Positions 48,794 through 59,186 of a stretch of DNA of 64,000 nucleotides are shown in pieces. A model generated the notes under the pieces. The model was not told the origin of the DNA and did no database searches. It saw only the letters and a program-made list of their open reading frames with translations. Position numbers and translations under genes: made by a program. The stretch is from Desulfatiglandales bacterium. Lineage in GTDB: Bacteria; Desulfobacterota; DSM-4660; Desulfatiglandales; HGW-15. The stretch is taken from contig CAXXJJ010000004.1 in NCBI GenBank assembly GCA_963667015.2, positions 1-64,000 of the forward strand. Reading direction: 5' to 3'. Each line of letters starts with the position of its first letter. Positions within the stretch are counted from its first letter, which is position 1.

Positions 48794-51424
48794 TTATTCT
48801 TTAGCCGCCAACAGACTTTGTTTTTCTCTTATAGTCCTGATTTGCGCTTCCAGTTTTTCGGCTTCATCGATGCGGTTCATCCTGCGGAGCACTTCAGCAT
48901 ATCCATCCATTGCATCCAATACGTAGGGATGCTCAGGGCCATTTGCTTTTATGCGGATATCTATAGCCTGTTTAAAGAGCGGTTCCGCCTCCCGGTATCG
49001 TCCATGTCTCGAGTAGATGTATCCAAGGCCCGCCAGATTCCAGGCGTTCCTGGCTGATTCAGGCCCGATTACTTTTTCAATTATTTCACGTGATCGTTTA
49101 TAATAGAGCTCCGCCTTATCATCAATATTTTGCATGTAGTAGCAATATGCCAGCCCCTGAAGGCTCTCTGCAGTGTCTGCATGTTCAGGGCCCAGTAGAT
49201 TCTCTCTTATTTTGAGACCGCGTTTCATAAGAACTTCCGCATTCTGATAATCACCCAGTTCCTGCATTACTCCACCCAGATTCTGAATATAGCGGCCAAG
49301 TTCCGGGTTGTTGGGAGCGGCCTTTTCCTGGATTTTTATTGCCCTCTCTAAATAGGGCTTTGCTTCAGCCGGCTTTCCCATGTTTCGCAGTACCCATCCA
49401 AGGTTGCTCAGCACCGATGCGATATCGGTATGGTTCGGACCAAGAACTTTTTCCTGGATGGCAAGGGCTCTTTCAAGCAGTTCCTTTGCTCCTGAATATT
49501 GACCGAGGGCACAGCGTATCAGAGAGAGATTACTCAGGGTATGCGCCAGGTTAGGATGATTTTCGTCGTACAATTTTTCCCGAATGGCTAAAGTGCGCAG
49601 GAACACAGGTTCGGCTTCTGCATATTTACCCTCTATATAATATACTGTTCCCAGTCTGTTTAGTGAATCAGCGACATTCTCATTGTCCGGACCGAGAATC
49701 TTTTCATGTATTTCCAGGGCGCGTCTGATCGATTCTGTTGCTCCGTCAAAATCCTCCTGCCTTAATAGAATATAGCCCAGCTTGTTTAATGTCTCAGCCG
49801 TTTCAAGACTGTCCGGGCGGTAGATCTTCTGGGTAATTGACAGGCTGCGCTCATAGAATCTCCCTGCCTCGTCGTTTTCACCTTTTTTAGCCAGTACATC
49901 GGCAACGCTGTTCAGGCTCTTCGAAACTTCAACATGCTCATCTCCAAGTATGCTGATTCGGGTCCGGAGTGCTTTCTTTGTATATGACTCGGCCTGGTCG
50001 TACAGTCCCAGTGCCATGTACACCTTGCCTATCGTATCCATGAGACGGGCCTGCACCAGCGGCTGATCCTGCAGTTCTCTCCCGATCTTTTCGGAGCCGC
50101 GATCCAGAACCTCCCGCGCTGAAATATCGTTTCCCAGTGATTCGCCGGGATCCGAAACCTCAAACAATTGCACTAGAAAATCCGATATCTGCCTGGCGTT
50201 CTCCGCCTCTTCCATGGCGGACTTTTCCGCGCTCTTCGCCCGTATCATTCCAATCGTCATTCCGGTTATTCCGGTCAATAGCGCCAGCAGCACCAGAGCC
50301 GATGCTGCCACACCTGCCTTGTGCCTCCGGACGAACTTTTTTGCCCGGTAGATCGTACCGGGAGGACCTGCAAGTACTGGTTCGTTATTTAAATGTCTTT
50401 TAATATCCGCAGCAAGTTCCGATGCTGAAATATATCGGCGGGTTCGATCTTTCTCCAGGGCCTTCATTGTAATCCAGTCGAGATCACCATGGAGCCGGCG
50501 CTGCAGCAGCCTTTTATCTATCTGTCGATTCATGGCCGCTGTGGTGGAAACTTCCCCCAGGCGGCTTAACTGTGAACTCGGCCTGACAGGTTCCTCTTCC
50601 CTGATCCTCCTTCTTATTTCATCATAGCTCGTTTGCTTTAACGATTTGTCGTCAAAGGGCTTGATGCCGACGAGAAGCTCGTAAAGCAGAACACCAAGAG
50701 AATACACATCTGTCCTCGTATCAATATCCATGTCTGATATTCCCGCCTGCTCGGGGCTCATGTAATCCGGTGTTCCTATCATCTGACCGAACTCGGTAAA
50801 AACGGTCCGCTCCGTCAATCTTTGTGATGTTGCCTTGGCTATTCCAAAGTCGATAATCTTGGGGACAGGTCTGCCATCCTGAAAGGTTACAAGAATATTT
50901 GAAGGCTTGATATCTCTATGGATAATTCCCTTCTGATGTGCATGCTGTACTGCATCACAAATATCAATAAAAAGATCCAGCCGTTCACGGACAGGCAATC
51001 GATTTTTGTCACAATATTCAGTGATGGGATTTCCGAGGACAAGCTCCATCGCAAAGTAGGGACGGCCTTCCTGAGTGGCTCCGGCATCATAAACTCCGGC
51101 AATATTGGGATGATTCATTAAAGCGAGTGCCTGGCGTTCCGACTCAAAGCGTCTAATAACTGCCCTGGTGTCCATTCCCCATTTGATGAGTTTGAGTGCA
51201 ACCCTTCTGCGTACGGGTTTTTCCTGTGATGCTTCATAGATTACACCCATACCCCCATGTCCTAATTTCTTAAGAATCCGATAGGGGCCTATTTGTCTGG
51301 GATCATTATCTTGTATGACTGACTGCTCCCATTCGTTGGATAATGTAGCGGCTTCATCCGACCGACTCTCTTCCGGATCCGGTAATGGGGCTAGAGTCAG
51401 TGTCTCAGGAGGATCCTTGCTCAT
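48794..51424 (-). CDS. Hanks-type Ser/Thr kinase with a TM helix and TPR repeats
   Basis: LGHGGMG, VALK, HRDIKPSN, DFG, GTPDYMSPEQ, about 9 kinesin-light-chain-like TPRs. Start moved to MSKDPP at 51424. Confidence 0.92.
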   Translation of the reverse strand: MSKDPPETLTLAPLPDPEESRSDEAATLSNEWEQSVIQDNDPRQIGPYRILKKLGHGGMGVIYEASQEKPVRRRVALKLIKWGMDTRAVIRRFESERQALALMNHPNIAGVYDAGATQEGRPYFAMELVLGNPITEYCDKNRLPVRERLDLFIDICDAVQHAHQKGIIHRDIKPSNILVTFQDGRPVPKIIDFGIAKATSQRLTERTVFTEFGQMIGTPDYMSPEQAGISDMDIDTRTDVYSLGVLLYELLVGIKPFDDKSLKQTSYDEIRRRIREEEPVRPSSQLSRLGEVSTTAAMNRQIDKRLLQRRLHGDLDWITMKALEKDRTRRYISASELAADIKRHLNNEPVLAGPPGTIYRAKKFVRRHKAGVAASALVLLALLTGITGMTIGMIRAKSAEKSAMEEAENARQISDFLVQLFEVSDPGESLGNDISAREVLDRGSEKIGRELQDQPLVQARLMDTIGKVYMALGLYDQAESYTKKALRTRISILGDEHVEVSKSLNSVADVLAKKGENDEAGRFYERSLSITQKIYRPDSLETAETLNKLGYILLRQEDFDGATESIRRALEIHEKILGPDNENVADSLNRLGTVYYIEGKYAEAEPVFLRTLAIREKLYDENHPNLAHTLSNLSLIRCALGQYSGAKELLERALAIQEKVLGPNHTDIASVLSNLGWVLRNMGKPAEAKPYLERAIKIQEKAAPNNPELGRYIQNLGGVMQELGDYQNAEVLMKRGLKIRENLLGPEHADTAESLQGLAYCYYMQNIDDKAELYYKRSREIIEKVIGPESARNAWNLAGLGYIYSRHGRYREAEPLFKQAIDIRIKANGPEHPYVLDAMDGYAEVLRRMNRIDEAEKLEAQIRTIREKQSLLAAKE

Positions 51425-51611
51425 GTATTGCCTTTCTTTGATACTGATTTTGATACGAATTTCTTTTTGAAGAGTATATGGAGTTACGATTTTATGGTCA
51501 ACTGAAAAACAGGCTGCCGCCTTTGCCATAGCTTTTGCGCCCGGGGAATTCAGATAGTATTTGTCAGTATAAAAAACAAAGATTTCTCCTTTCAGTCGAA
51601 ATAAATATTAT

Positions 51612-51640
51612 TTGACAGCCGGTAAATTTAGCTGTATCAT
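51612..51640 (+). promoter_or_regulatory. Sigma70 promoter of the cimA leader
   Basis: TTGACA-N17-TATCAT. Confidence 0.75.
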
Positions 51641-51669
51641 TCTCAAATTAATATTCAGGAAAAACTGTT

Positions 51670-51765
51670 ATGCATTTCAATTCAATAATAAACAGCATCA
51701 TAATTATCAGGGCAGCAGGGTCTACTCTCTCTTCCCTGCTGCTTTTATTTACAGGAGAGGATTAA
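51670..51765 (+). CDS. Ile-rich attenuator leader peptide
   Basis: MHFNSIINSIIIIRAAGSTLSSLLLLFTGED; overlaps hairpin GCAGCAGGG/CCCTGCTGC. Confidence 0.65.
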   Translation: MHFNSIINSIIIIRAAGSTLSSLLLLFTGED

Positions 51766-51813
51766 AAAACTACCGGTTCTGGTAAATGGCATAACTTAAA
51801 TATAATAAATTAT

Positions 51814-51854
51814 AAAATCCGTTATCAGGTATTTCTGGTAACGGATTTTTTTTT
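51814..51854 (+). terminator. Attenuator terminator directly before the cimA RBS
   Basis: AAAATCCGTTATCAG / CTGGTAACGGATTTT stem followed by a T run. Confidence 0.75.
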
Positions 51855-51867
51855 AGGAGCAAACCGC

Positions 51868-53445
51868 ATGGCTAAAAAGATAATGCTTTATGATACAACC
51901 TTAAGGGATGGCACACAGGGCGAGCAGGTCAACCTGTCTGCCGAGGATAAATTAAAGGTCGCCCACCGGCTGGATGAGATGGGTATAGCCTATATCGAAG
52001 GCGGCTGGCCCGGTTCCAACCCGAAAGACGCAAGATTCTTTGAAATGGCTAAATCAGCTTCATTTAAAAATGCAAAATTAACGGCCTTCGGTAGTACAAG
52101 ACGCATTGGGTGCATACCCGAAGAGGACCCCAGCATACAGGCGATACTGGCTGCCGAGACATCTGCAGTAACGGTATTTGGCAAGACATGGGATCTTCAT
52201 GCCACGGAGATCCTGGGAGTTACACTTGATCAGAATCTTGAAATGATCGAAGACACAATGCGTTATCTGAAAAAAGAGGGACGCGAAATAATATATGATG
52301 CCGAGCACTTTTTTGACGGGTATAAAAACAATCCCGAATACACCATGAAGACAATAGGTGCGGCAATAGCAGGCGGAGCAGACATGATAGTGCTCTGCGA
52401 TACAAACGGAGGAACACTTACCCATGAACTGAAGGCAATAATGGATGAGGTGGTTCCGCAGGTATCACTTCCCATAGGAATTCATGTTCATGATGACTGC
52501 GGACTTTCTGTAGCAAACTCTGTTATGGCGGTAATGTGCGGAGCTGAGATGGTTCAGGGAACTATAAACGGTTATGGTGAAAGATGCGGAAACGTGGATT
52601 TGCTGGCTGTCACTGGAAATCTCCAGATCAAGATGGGATATGAATGTTTACCTGCCTATAATTTGAAACACCTCACAGAACTTTCGCGGTTTATAAGTGA
52701 GGTTGCGAATGTGCCTCCTGTCAACCAGCGCCCCTTTGTAGGTAAAAGTGCATTTGCACACAAGGGAGGGGTTCATGTTAGCGCTATACTTAAAAACAGT
52801 AAGGCCTATGAGCATATTGATCCTGAGACCGTAGGAAACCGCAGGCGTGTCCTTGTGTCCGATTTATCCGGTAAGAGTAATATCGAATATAAAACAAGGG
52901 AAATGGATATAAAACTCAATGGAGGAGGGGCGGACAGTTCAAAGGTCGTGAATATTGTTAAGGCCCTGGAAGATAAAGGTTACCAGTTTGAAGCAGCAGA
53001 GGGATCACTGGAGCTTCTTATTAAAAAGGTAACCGGACAATTCAAAGATCCGTTCATGCTTGAGTCTTTACGAGTAACCATTGAAAAGGATGGAGATAAT
53101 GAAAGCACTTCACAGGCTACAATAAAGGTGTCGGTTGGTGATGAAAAGGAGATAACAGCAGCCGAAGGGGACGGCCCTGTCAACGCACTTGATAATGCCC
53201 TGAGAAAGGCACTGTGCGGATTCTTTCCTGAAGTAAACGAGATGAAACTGGTAGACTTCAAGGTAAGGGTGATTGAGGGTACTGACGGAACAGGCGCAAA
53301 GGTCATGGTAAGAATAGAATCAAGAGACTCCAGTGAAATATGGTCAACAGTAGGTGTTTCTGAAAATATTATAGAAGCCAGCTGGCAGGCGCTGGCAGAC
53401 AGTGTGCAGTATAAGCTGCTTAAGGAGGAAAAGAAAAAGGCATAA
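51868..53445 (+). CDS. cimA: Citramalate synthase
   Basis: YDTTLRDGTQGE, IEGGWPGSNPKD, DAEHFFDG, LCDTNGG, GYGERCGN, AFAHKGGVH, GDGPVNALD. Confidence 0.92.
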   Translation: MAKKIMLYDTTLRDGTQGEQVNLSAEDKLKVAHRLDEMGIAYIEGGWPGSNPKDARFFEMAKSASFKNAKLTAFGSTRRIGCIPEEDPSIQAILAAETSAVTVFGKTWDLHATEILGVTLDQNLEMIEDTMRYLKKEGREIIYDAEHFFDGYKNNPEYTMKTIGAAIAGGADMIVLCDTNGGTLTHELKAIMDEVVPQVSLPIGIHVHDDCGLSVANSVMAVMCGAEMVQGTINGYGERCGNVDLLAVTGNLQIKMGYECLPAYNLKHLTELSRFISEVANVPPVNQRPFVGKSAFAHKGGVHVSAILKNSKAYEHIDPETVGNRRRVLVSDLSGKSNIEYKTREMDIKLNGGGADSSKVVNIVKALEDKGYQFEAAEGSLELLIKKVTGQFKDPFMLESLRVTIEKDGDNESTSQATIKVSVGDEKEITAAEGDGPVNALDNALRKALCGFFPEVNEMKLVDFKVRVIEGTDGTGAKVMVRIESRDSSEIWSTVGVSENIIEASWQALADSVQYKLLKEEKKKA

Positions 53446-53502
53446 AGAATATAACAATCCTTTATGCCCTGAGAACTTTATTATGCGACAAAAGTTTTTT
53501 AA

Positions 53503-53820
53503 CTAGACACAACCGGTTGGTTTGGGGAGTCCGGCCATTTTACATGCGCCTTTACCCGGGCCTGATGGGAACAGCTCATAGATATATTTCAGTTTATATC
53601 CGGTTACCTTGGAAAGGATTCTTACCATTGGTGCAATACCATTCTTTTTGTAATAGTCCTGAAGAACGTTGATTACTTTCCAGTGCTCATCATTAAGTTC
53701 TTCGATTCCCTCTTCTGTTTTGCAGTACTCTACCCAGTCTTCGCTCCAGTTGTTGAAATCATCAATAAAACCGTCTTCATCAACGTTAAAAGTCTTTCCA
53801 TTAAATTCTACACTTGGCAT
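53503..53820 (-). CDS. dsrC: Sulfur carrier DsrC
   Basis: VDEDGFI..W, ELFPSGPGKGACKMAGLPKPTGCV with both C-terminal Cys. Confidence 0.97.
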   Translation of the reverse strand: MPSVEFNGKTFNVDEDGFIDDFNNWSEDWVEYCKTEEGIEELNDEHWKVINVLQDYYKKNGIAPMVRILSKVTGYKLKYIYELFPSGPGKGACKMAGLPKPTGCV

Positions 53821-53883
53821 ACCCTAAAACCTCCTTTATTAACTATCTTAGTGATATTAGTGGTTTATCGTCTTATCCACGGA

Positions 53884-53912
53884 AATCTAACTTATTAATG
53901 AACTATTGTCAA
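53884..53912 (-). promoter_or_regulatory. Putative dsrC sigma70 promoter
   Basis: TTGACA-N17-TAGATT. Confidence 0.55.
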
Positions 53913-53928
53913 TCAATTTATCCATATT

Positions 53929-55332
53929 TTAGTATTTTTTTTCACAAGCTTTTTTATAGATTATTGCTGTCTTTACAAGGCCTTTTCCCCAGGAATTATT
54001 TCCTGCAGCATGTATATGCGTATAGGTGGCAAAAAGGTTTTTTCGGCAGAAACCATCATTTTTGCCATCCAGGCAATAACCTCTTTCTACATCAAATACA
54101 GGGGTTATTTTTTCTCCTTCGGATATAACAGGACGCGAATAATGAAACTCATGCCCCCTGATTGTTTCACCTGTTTCATAAAAAGGGTTCGTTCTGCTTG
54201 TCTTTAAAATTGTGTATCCATGACCCTGAGGCTTTTTTTCCATGATAAATTTAATTGGCAGGGCACCTACCATTGGATAGGATTTTCCATTTAATTCAAG
54301 GCCCTGGCCAAGATATATCAATCCGCCGCACTCAGCATATACAGGTAAATCATTTTCTATCATTTCCCTTATGGAGTTCCTGAATGAACTGTTTTGGGAA
54401 AGCTGCTCCGCACAGACTTCAGGAAATCCCCCTCCTATATAAAGTGCATCAATATCGGGAAGTGCATTATCAGCGAGGGAGTTAATTTCAACAATTTCTG
54501 CTCCCAGAGTTTTTAAATTGTCTATATTTTCAGGGTAATAGAACCAGAATGCCTTATCGCGAATAATTCCGATCCTGCATGATGGAGATCCGGCCTCAAC
54601 TGTTTCTTTAATATCCAGACCTGAAGAGGGAAGAGGATCAGCCTTTTCGGCTATTTTTTGTATAAAATCAATATCGATATGGTTTTCAACAACAGACCGT
54701 GCCCATTTGACAGCTTCACTGGAATAATCACTCTCAAAGTGGGGTACCAGCCCCATGTGTCTTTCAGGGAAAGGATTATCCCTGAGTTTCGGAATAGCGC
54801 CTATCACCGGGATATTACAGTATTTTTCAATGGAATCCTTTATAAGGTTTTTCTGGCGCGCTCCTGCAACACGGTTGAGAATGATTCCGGCGATATTGAG
54901 TTCAGGGTCAAAATGCTGACAGCCCATTATCAATGCAGCAACTGTCCTCGTACACATTGTTACATCAACAATGATAATGACAGGTGATTTTGTCAGCTTT
55001 GCGAGTTCGGCAGTGCTGTATTGTCCATCAACATTCATGCCGTCAAACAGACCCCTGTTGCCTTCGATAAGAGATATATCCATATCTTTCGAGTTTTGTT
55101 CTATGGAGTTAAGTATCACCTCATCTCTCATTAGGAAAGGATCAAGGTTATGGCAGGGAGATCCTGAAGAAAAGGTCAGCCATCCGGCATCAATAAAATC
55201 CGGTCCTTTTTTAAAGGTGGATATTTTTATATTTTTGCTTATAAAGGTTGACGAAAGGCCTAGGGTTATAATAGTTTTTCCTGACCCTCCCCGGAGCGCT
55301 GCTATCATTATTCTTGGGGTGTTATTATTCAT
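53929..55332 (-). CDS. dsrN: Siroheme amidase (cobyrinate a,c-diamide synthase-like)
   Basis: GGSGKT, FKKGPDFID, IEGNRGLFDG, ERHMGL, AECGG, GHEFHYS; dsr context. Confidence 0.88.
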   Translation of the reverse strand: MNNNTPRIMIAALRGGSGKTIITLGLSSTFISKNIKISTFKKGPDFIDAGWLTFSSGSPCHNLDPFLMRDEVILNSIEQNSKDMDISLIEGNRGLFDGMNVDGQYSTAELAKLTKSPVIIIVDVTMCTRTVAALIMGCQHFDPELNIAGIILNRVAGARQKNLIKDSIEKYCNIPVIGAIPKLRDNPFPERHMGLVPHFESDYSSEAVKWARSVVENHIDIDFIQKIAEKADPLPSSGLDIKETVEAGSPSCRIGIIRDKAFWFYYPENIDNLKTLGAEIVEINSLADNALPDIDALYIGGGFPEVCAEQLSQNSSFRNSIREMIENDLPVYAECGGLIYLGQGLELNGKSYPMVGALPIKFIMEKKPQGHGYTILKTSRTNPFYETGETIRGHEFHYSRPVISEGEKITPVFDVERGYCLDGKNDGFCRKNLFATYTHIHAAGNNSWGKGLVKTAIIYKKACEKKY

Positions 55333-55411
55333 ATCTTGTTTCTTTAAAATAGAGTCTTAAATTTGGGTTTTTTTATTGACAACTTTATGATTCTGGGTAA
55401 TACATACGAGA

Positions 55412-55429
55412 TTGTATTAAAATTCACAA
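55412..55429. promoter_or_regulatory. Putative Rex operator upstream of dsrA
   Basis: TTGTATTAAAATTCACAA against consensus TTGTGAAnnnnTTCACAA, just downstream of a TTGACA at 55376. Confidence 0.45.
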
Positions 55430-55585
55430 ATAAAAAATCAGGTAATTAGAAACTTAGTTTAAAAAAACCTTTTTTAGTAATGTTTTTTGAGTCATGGGAG
55501 GAGGTGAAGGTAGATCATACTTTATAGATCAGCCTAATAGTTTATATCACTCTAATTGTACAATTTGATAAAGGAGGCTTTAATA

Positions 55586-57007
55586 ATGGCTTTTGAACCA
55601 AAGGAAGAGCAAATTAAATTAGATTATCAAGAGCTGAGAATCTATTCCGATGAAGAGCTTAACAGCTACACGGATGAAGAGCTCAAGAATTTCAAGATAA
55701 AGCATGACATTCCAATGCTTGAAGATCTTGAAAGCGGACCATGGCCCAGTTTTGTTGCGGATGCGAAAAGACAGGCTCTTTTCAGAAGAAAACTTGCTGA
55801 TGACAGAATGATGATCGAACGCGATGTTGTCGAAGACATGCTCGGTCAGTTGGAAGTATCATTCCAGGAAGGTGAAACTCACTGGAAGCATGGCGGTATT
55901 GTAGGTGTTTTCGGATATGGTGGTGGTGTTATCGGAAGGTATTCTGACCTGCAGGAACGATTTCCTTCAATCGCACATTTTCATACGATGCGTGTTAATC
56001 AGCCGGCAAGTAAATTTTATACAAGTGATTATCTCAGATCACTCTGTGACCTCTGGGATTATCGTGGTAGCGGAATGATGAACCTGCATGGTTCAACAGG
56101 TGATATCATATTTATTGGTACATTTACAGAGCAGCTTGAGCCCATATTCTTTGAGCTGGGTCATAAACTTCAACAGGATCTTGGCGGATCAGGTTCAAAC
56201 CTTCGTACACCTTCCTGCTGTATTGGAAAGGCCCGCTGTGAATATGCATGTATCGATACTCAGGACCTCTGCTATGAATTGACTCATTACTATCAGGACG
56301 AACTCCATCGCCCTGCGTTCCCTTATAAATTTAAATTTAAATTTGATGGATGTCCGAACGGCTGCGTTGCTTCAATAGCAAGATCCGATATGTCATTCAT
56401 TGGAACCTGGAGAGATGATATTCGGATTGACCAGGAAGCAGTTCAGGCTTACATCGGCGGAGAAATTCCACCTAATGCCGGCGCTCATGCAGGTAAAGAC
56501 TGGGGTAAATTTGATATAGAAAAAGAAGTTATCAATCTCTGTCCCACAAATTGTATGTGGATGGAAGATGGTAAACTTAAAATAGATAACAAAGAGTGTA
56601 CAAGGTGTATGCACTGTATCAACGTAATGCCCAAGGCCTTAAGACCGGGTACAGATACTGGTGTAAGCATCCTTCTTGGCGCAAAGGCTCCTATTCTTGA
56701 AGGTGCACAGATGGCGCTTTTAACCATCCCCTTTATGAAGGCAGAAGCGCCTTACGATAATATCAAGGAAAATGTTATTGAGCCTATATGGGACTGGTGG
56801 ATGGAAGAAGGTAAAAACCGTGAGCGTCTTGGGGAACTTATCCAGCGTCAGGGATTACCGAGACTCCTCGAAGTTCTTAACATTCCGGCTATGCCTCAGA
56901 TGGTTAAAGAACCCCGTTCAAATCCATATATCTTCTGGAAAGAGGAAGATGTTCCAGGCGGTTGGGATAGAGACATCAATGATTATCGCTCCAGGCACAA
57001 GAGATAG
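55586..57007 (+). CDS. dsrA: Dissimilatory sulfite reductase alpha subunit
   Basis: [62 protein letters not shown] before ATG 55586. Confidence 0.98.
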   Translation: MAFEPKEEQIKLDYQELRIYSDEELNSYTDEELKNFKIKHDIPMLEDLESGPWPSFVADAKRQALFRRKLADDRMMIERDVVEDMLGQLEVSFQEGETHWKHGGIVGVFGYGGGVIGRYSDLQERFPSIAHFHTMRVNQPASKFYTSDYLRSLCDLWDYRGSGMMNLHGSTGDIIFIGTFTEQLEPIFFELGHKLQQDLGGSGSNLRTPSCCIGKARCEYACIDTQDLCYELTHYYQDELHRPAFPYKFKFKFDGCPNGCVASIARSDMSFIGTWRDDIRIDQEAVQAYIGGEIPPNAGAHAGKDWGKFDIEKEVINLCPTNCMWMEDGKLKIDNKECTRCMHCINVMPKALRPGTDTGVSILLGAKAPILEGAQMALLTIPFMKAEAPYDNIKENVIEPIWDWWMEEGKNRERLGELIQRQGLPRLLEVLNIPAMPQMVKEPRSNPYIFWKEEDVPGGWDRDINDYRSRHKR

Positions 57008-57018
57008 GAGGTTATACC

Positions 57019-58203
57019 ATGCCATTATCAACTGAAAGATTAGGACTCTATAATCCGAAAAAACCAATGGAAAACAGGCTTACTGACCTTGGCCCGAGGC
57101 ATTTCTGGCAGTATTTTCCTCCTGTAATTCAGAATAATTATGGGAAATGGGAATATCATGAAATTCTCGAACCAGGCGTCCTTGTACACGTAGCTGAAAG
57201 TGGAGATAAGGTATTTACCGTTCGATGCGGTGGCTGCCGTTTCATGACATCTGAGAATGTCAGGGAAATATGTGATATTGCTGACAAGCACTGTGACGGC
57301 TATGTAAGGTTTACTACCAGAAACAATATTGAATTCATGGTAGACAGTCAGGACAAGATGGAGGCCTTAAAGAAAGACCTCATGAGCAGAAAACATGTTT
57401 CAGGCAGCTATAAGTTCCCCATCGGTGGAACCGGTGCCGGCGTTACTAATATTATCCATACACAGGGATATATTCACTGCCATACCCCGGCCACTGATGC
57501 ATCATCAATGGTCAAGGCCGTTATGGATGAATTGTTTGACTATTTTCAGGGTATGACCCTTCCTGCACAGGTAAGGGTATCAATGGCCTGCTGTCTCAAC
57601 ATGTGTGGCGCGGTACACTGTTCTGATATCGCTCTTCTTGGATACCACAGGAAACCTCCGATAGTTGATGCTGAGGTTCTTGATTCGGTATGTGAAATTC
57701 CTCTTGTAATTGCAGCATGCCCCACAGGTGCTATTTCACCTGCAAAAACAGAATCAGGAAAAAAAGCTGTAAAGATAAAACAGGAACGTTGCATGTTTTG
57801 TGGTAACTGCTACACAATGTGTATGGCTCTTCCCCTTTCCGACTATGAAGGTGACTGTGTAACAGTACTGGCTGGTGGAAAGCTCTCAAACAGGATCAGC
57901 CCCCCGAAATTTTCCAAGGTTGTTATTCCGGCTCTACCCAATAACTTTCCGAGATTTCCTGAAACAGCCCAAGCAGTAAAGAAAATAATCGATGTTTATG
58001 CTTCCGATGCAAACAAGTATGAAAGAGTCGGTGACTGGGCAGAGAGGATCGGCTGGGAAAAATTCTTTGAAAAATGCGATATTCCTTTTAGTGAACATCT
58101 TATTGACGACTATCGTCTCCAATATGATACATACAGGACTTCAACACAGTTTAAATTTACAGAAGCCTCTTGGAATGTATCAAAGGTTGTTGGCGGCGAA
58201 TAA
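57019..58203 (+). CDS. dsrB: Dissimilatory sulfite reductase beta subunit
   Basis: [50 protein letters not shown]. Confidence 0.98.
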   Translation: MPLSTERLGLYNPKKPMENRLTDLGPRHFWQYFPPVIQNNYGKWEYHEILEPGVLVHVAESGDKVFTVRCGGCRFMTSENVREICDIADKHCDGYVRFTTRNNIEFMVDSQDKMEALKKDLMSRKHVSGSYKFPIGGTGAGVTNIIHTQGYIHCHTPATDASSMVKAVMDELFDYFQGMTLPAQVRVSMACCLNMCGAVHCSDIALLGYHRKPPIVDAEVLDSVCEIPLVIAACPTGAISPAKTESGKKAVKIKQERCMFCGNCYTMCMALPLSDYEGDCVTVLAGGKLSNRISPPKFSKVVIPALPNNFPRFPETAQAVKKIIDVYASDANKYERVGDWAERIGWEKFFEKCDIPFSEHLIDDYRLQYDTYRTSTQFKFTEASWNVSKVVGGE

Positions 58204-58237
58204 CTAATCTACCGGTAATACCGGGAGGAGAAATAAA

Positions 58238-58468
58238 ATGGAAGAAATTAAAAAAGCTATTCTGGATTTCGCAGAATCAAGTAAAAAATCTAAATTTTAT
58301 TTTAATGATATTACCAAGGCAGTTAATAAGGATTTTCCTGATGCCAAATCAAGAGAAATAAAAAAGGCTTGTACTGCGTTAATTAATGAGGAAAAGCTGA
58401 TATATTTTTCTACCGGAAGCAGTACAATGTATGGTTTGAAGGGCAGGGGCCAGACAGAAGATCATTAG
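58238..58468 (+). CDS. dsrD: DsrD
   Basis: KSKFYFND..REIKK..L..YFSTGSSTMYGLKG. Confidence 0.95.
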   Translation: MEEIKKAILDFAESSKKSKFYFNDITKAVNKDFPDAKSREIKKACTALINEEKLIYFSTGSSTMYGLKGRGQTEDH

Positions 58469-58501
58469 GCCGTAAAACCCTTAATAATATTTAATCAACT
58501 T

Positions 58502-58544
58502 ACAGAGGTCGCTGTTCATACATATTGTTGAGAGCGACCTCTGT
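58502..58544 (+). terminator. Hairpin after dsrD
   Basis: ACAGAGGTCGCT / AGCGACCTCTGT. Confidence 0.65.
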
Positions 58545-58562
58545 TATTAATGAGAGGTATAA

Positions 58563-59186
58563 ATGAAAGAACCGCAGGATTCAGAAGATTTTATCAATCA
58601 GCAAAAGGCTATACTTGCGGACAATCCTGATTGCGCCAACTCACATTATAATGTGGGTGTCAAATTCCTTGAACAGAACAAACTGGATGAAGCCCTTAAT
58701 TCCTTTCAGGAAGCAATAGCAAACAGCGGCAGGATGTTCGAAGCATGGGTAAACCTTGGTTATATATATTTTAAAAAAGGAGATCTCGAACAGGTTATAT
58801 ATGCCAATGAAAAGGCTGTCGAAATAGAACCTAGATATGCGAGGGGATATGCAAATTTAGGATTTGCCTTCCTTCAAATGATGGAAGCTGAAAAAGCTAT
58901 TGATGCACTTCAAAAAGCTATTGAACTGAACCCTGATATCGCACAGGCAAAGGCAAACCTGATTAATGCCTATCTTCAAAATGATGAAATAGAAAAAGCG
59001 ATTGAGGTTGGAGAAGAGCTTGTAAAAATGGCGCCTGATTTTTCACTTGGAAATAACAATCTGGCTGTGGCCTACTATAATAATAAAGATTATGAAAAGG
59101 CTATTGAATATATGGACATTGCAATTATCCAGGGGTTTGAAGTCCATCCACAATTTAAAGAAATTCTCGAGAAACATAGAAAATGA
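58563..59186 (+). CDS. TPR protein (dsr-associated)
   Basis: About 5 TPR motifs. Confidence 0.85.
   Translation: MKEPQDSEDFINQQKAILADNPDCANSHYNVGVKFLEQNKLDEALNSFQEAIANSGRMFEAWVNLGYIYFKKGDLEQVIYANEKAVEIEPRYARGYANLGFAFLQMMEAEKAIDALQKAIELNPDIAQAKANLINAYLQNDEIEKAIEVGEELVKMAPDFSLGNNNLAVAYYNNKDYEKAIEYMDIAIIQGFEVHPQFKEILEKHRK

Noticed and set aside
51425..51529. Extended N-terminus MAKAAACFSV of the Ser/Thr kinase
   Set aside because: The extension is not protein-like, and an RBS-like GAAAGG precedes the ATG at 51424.
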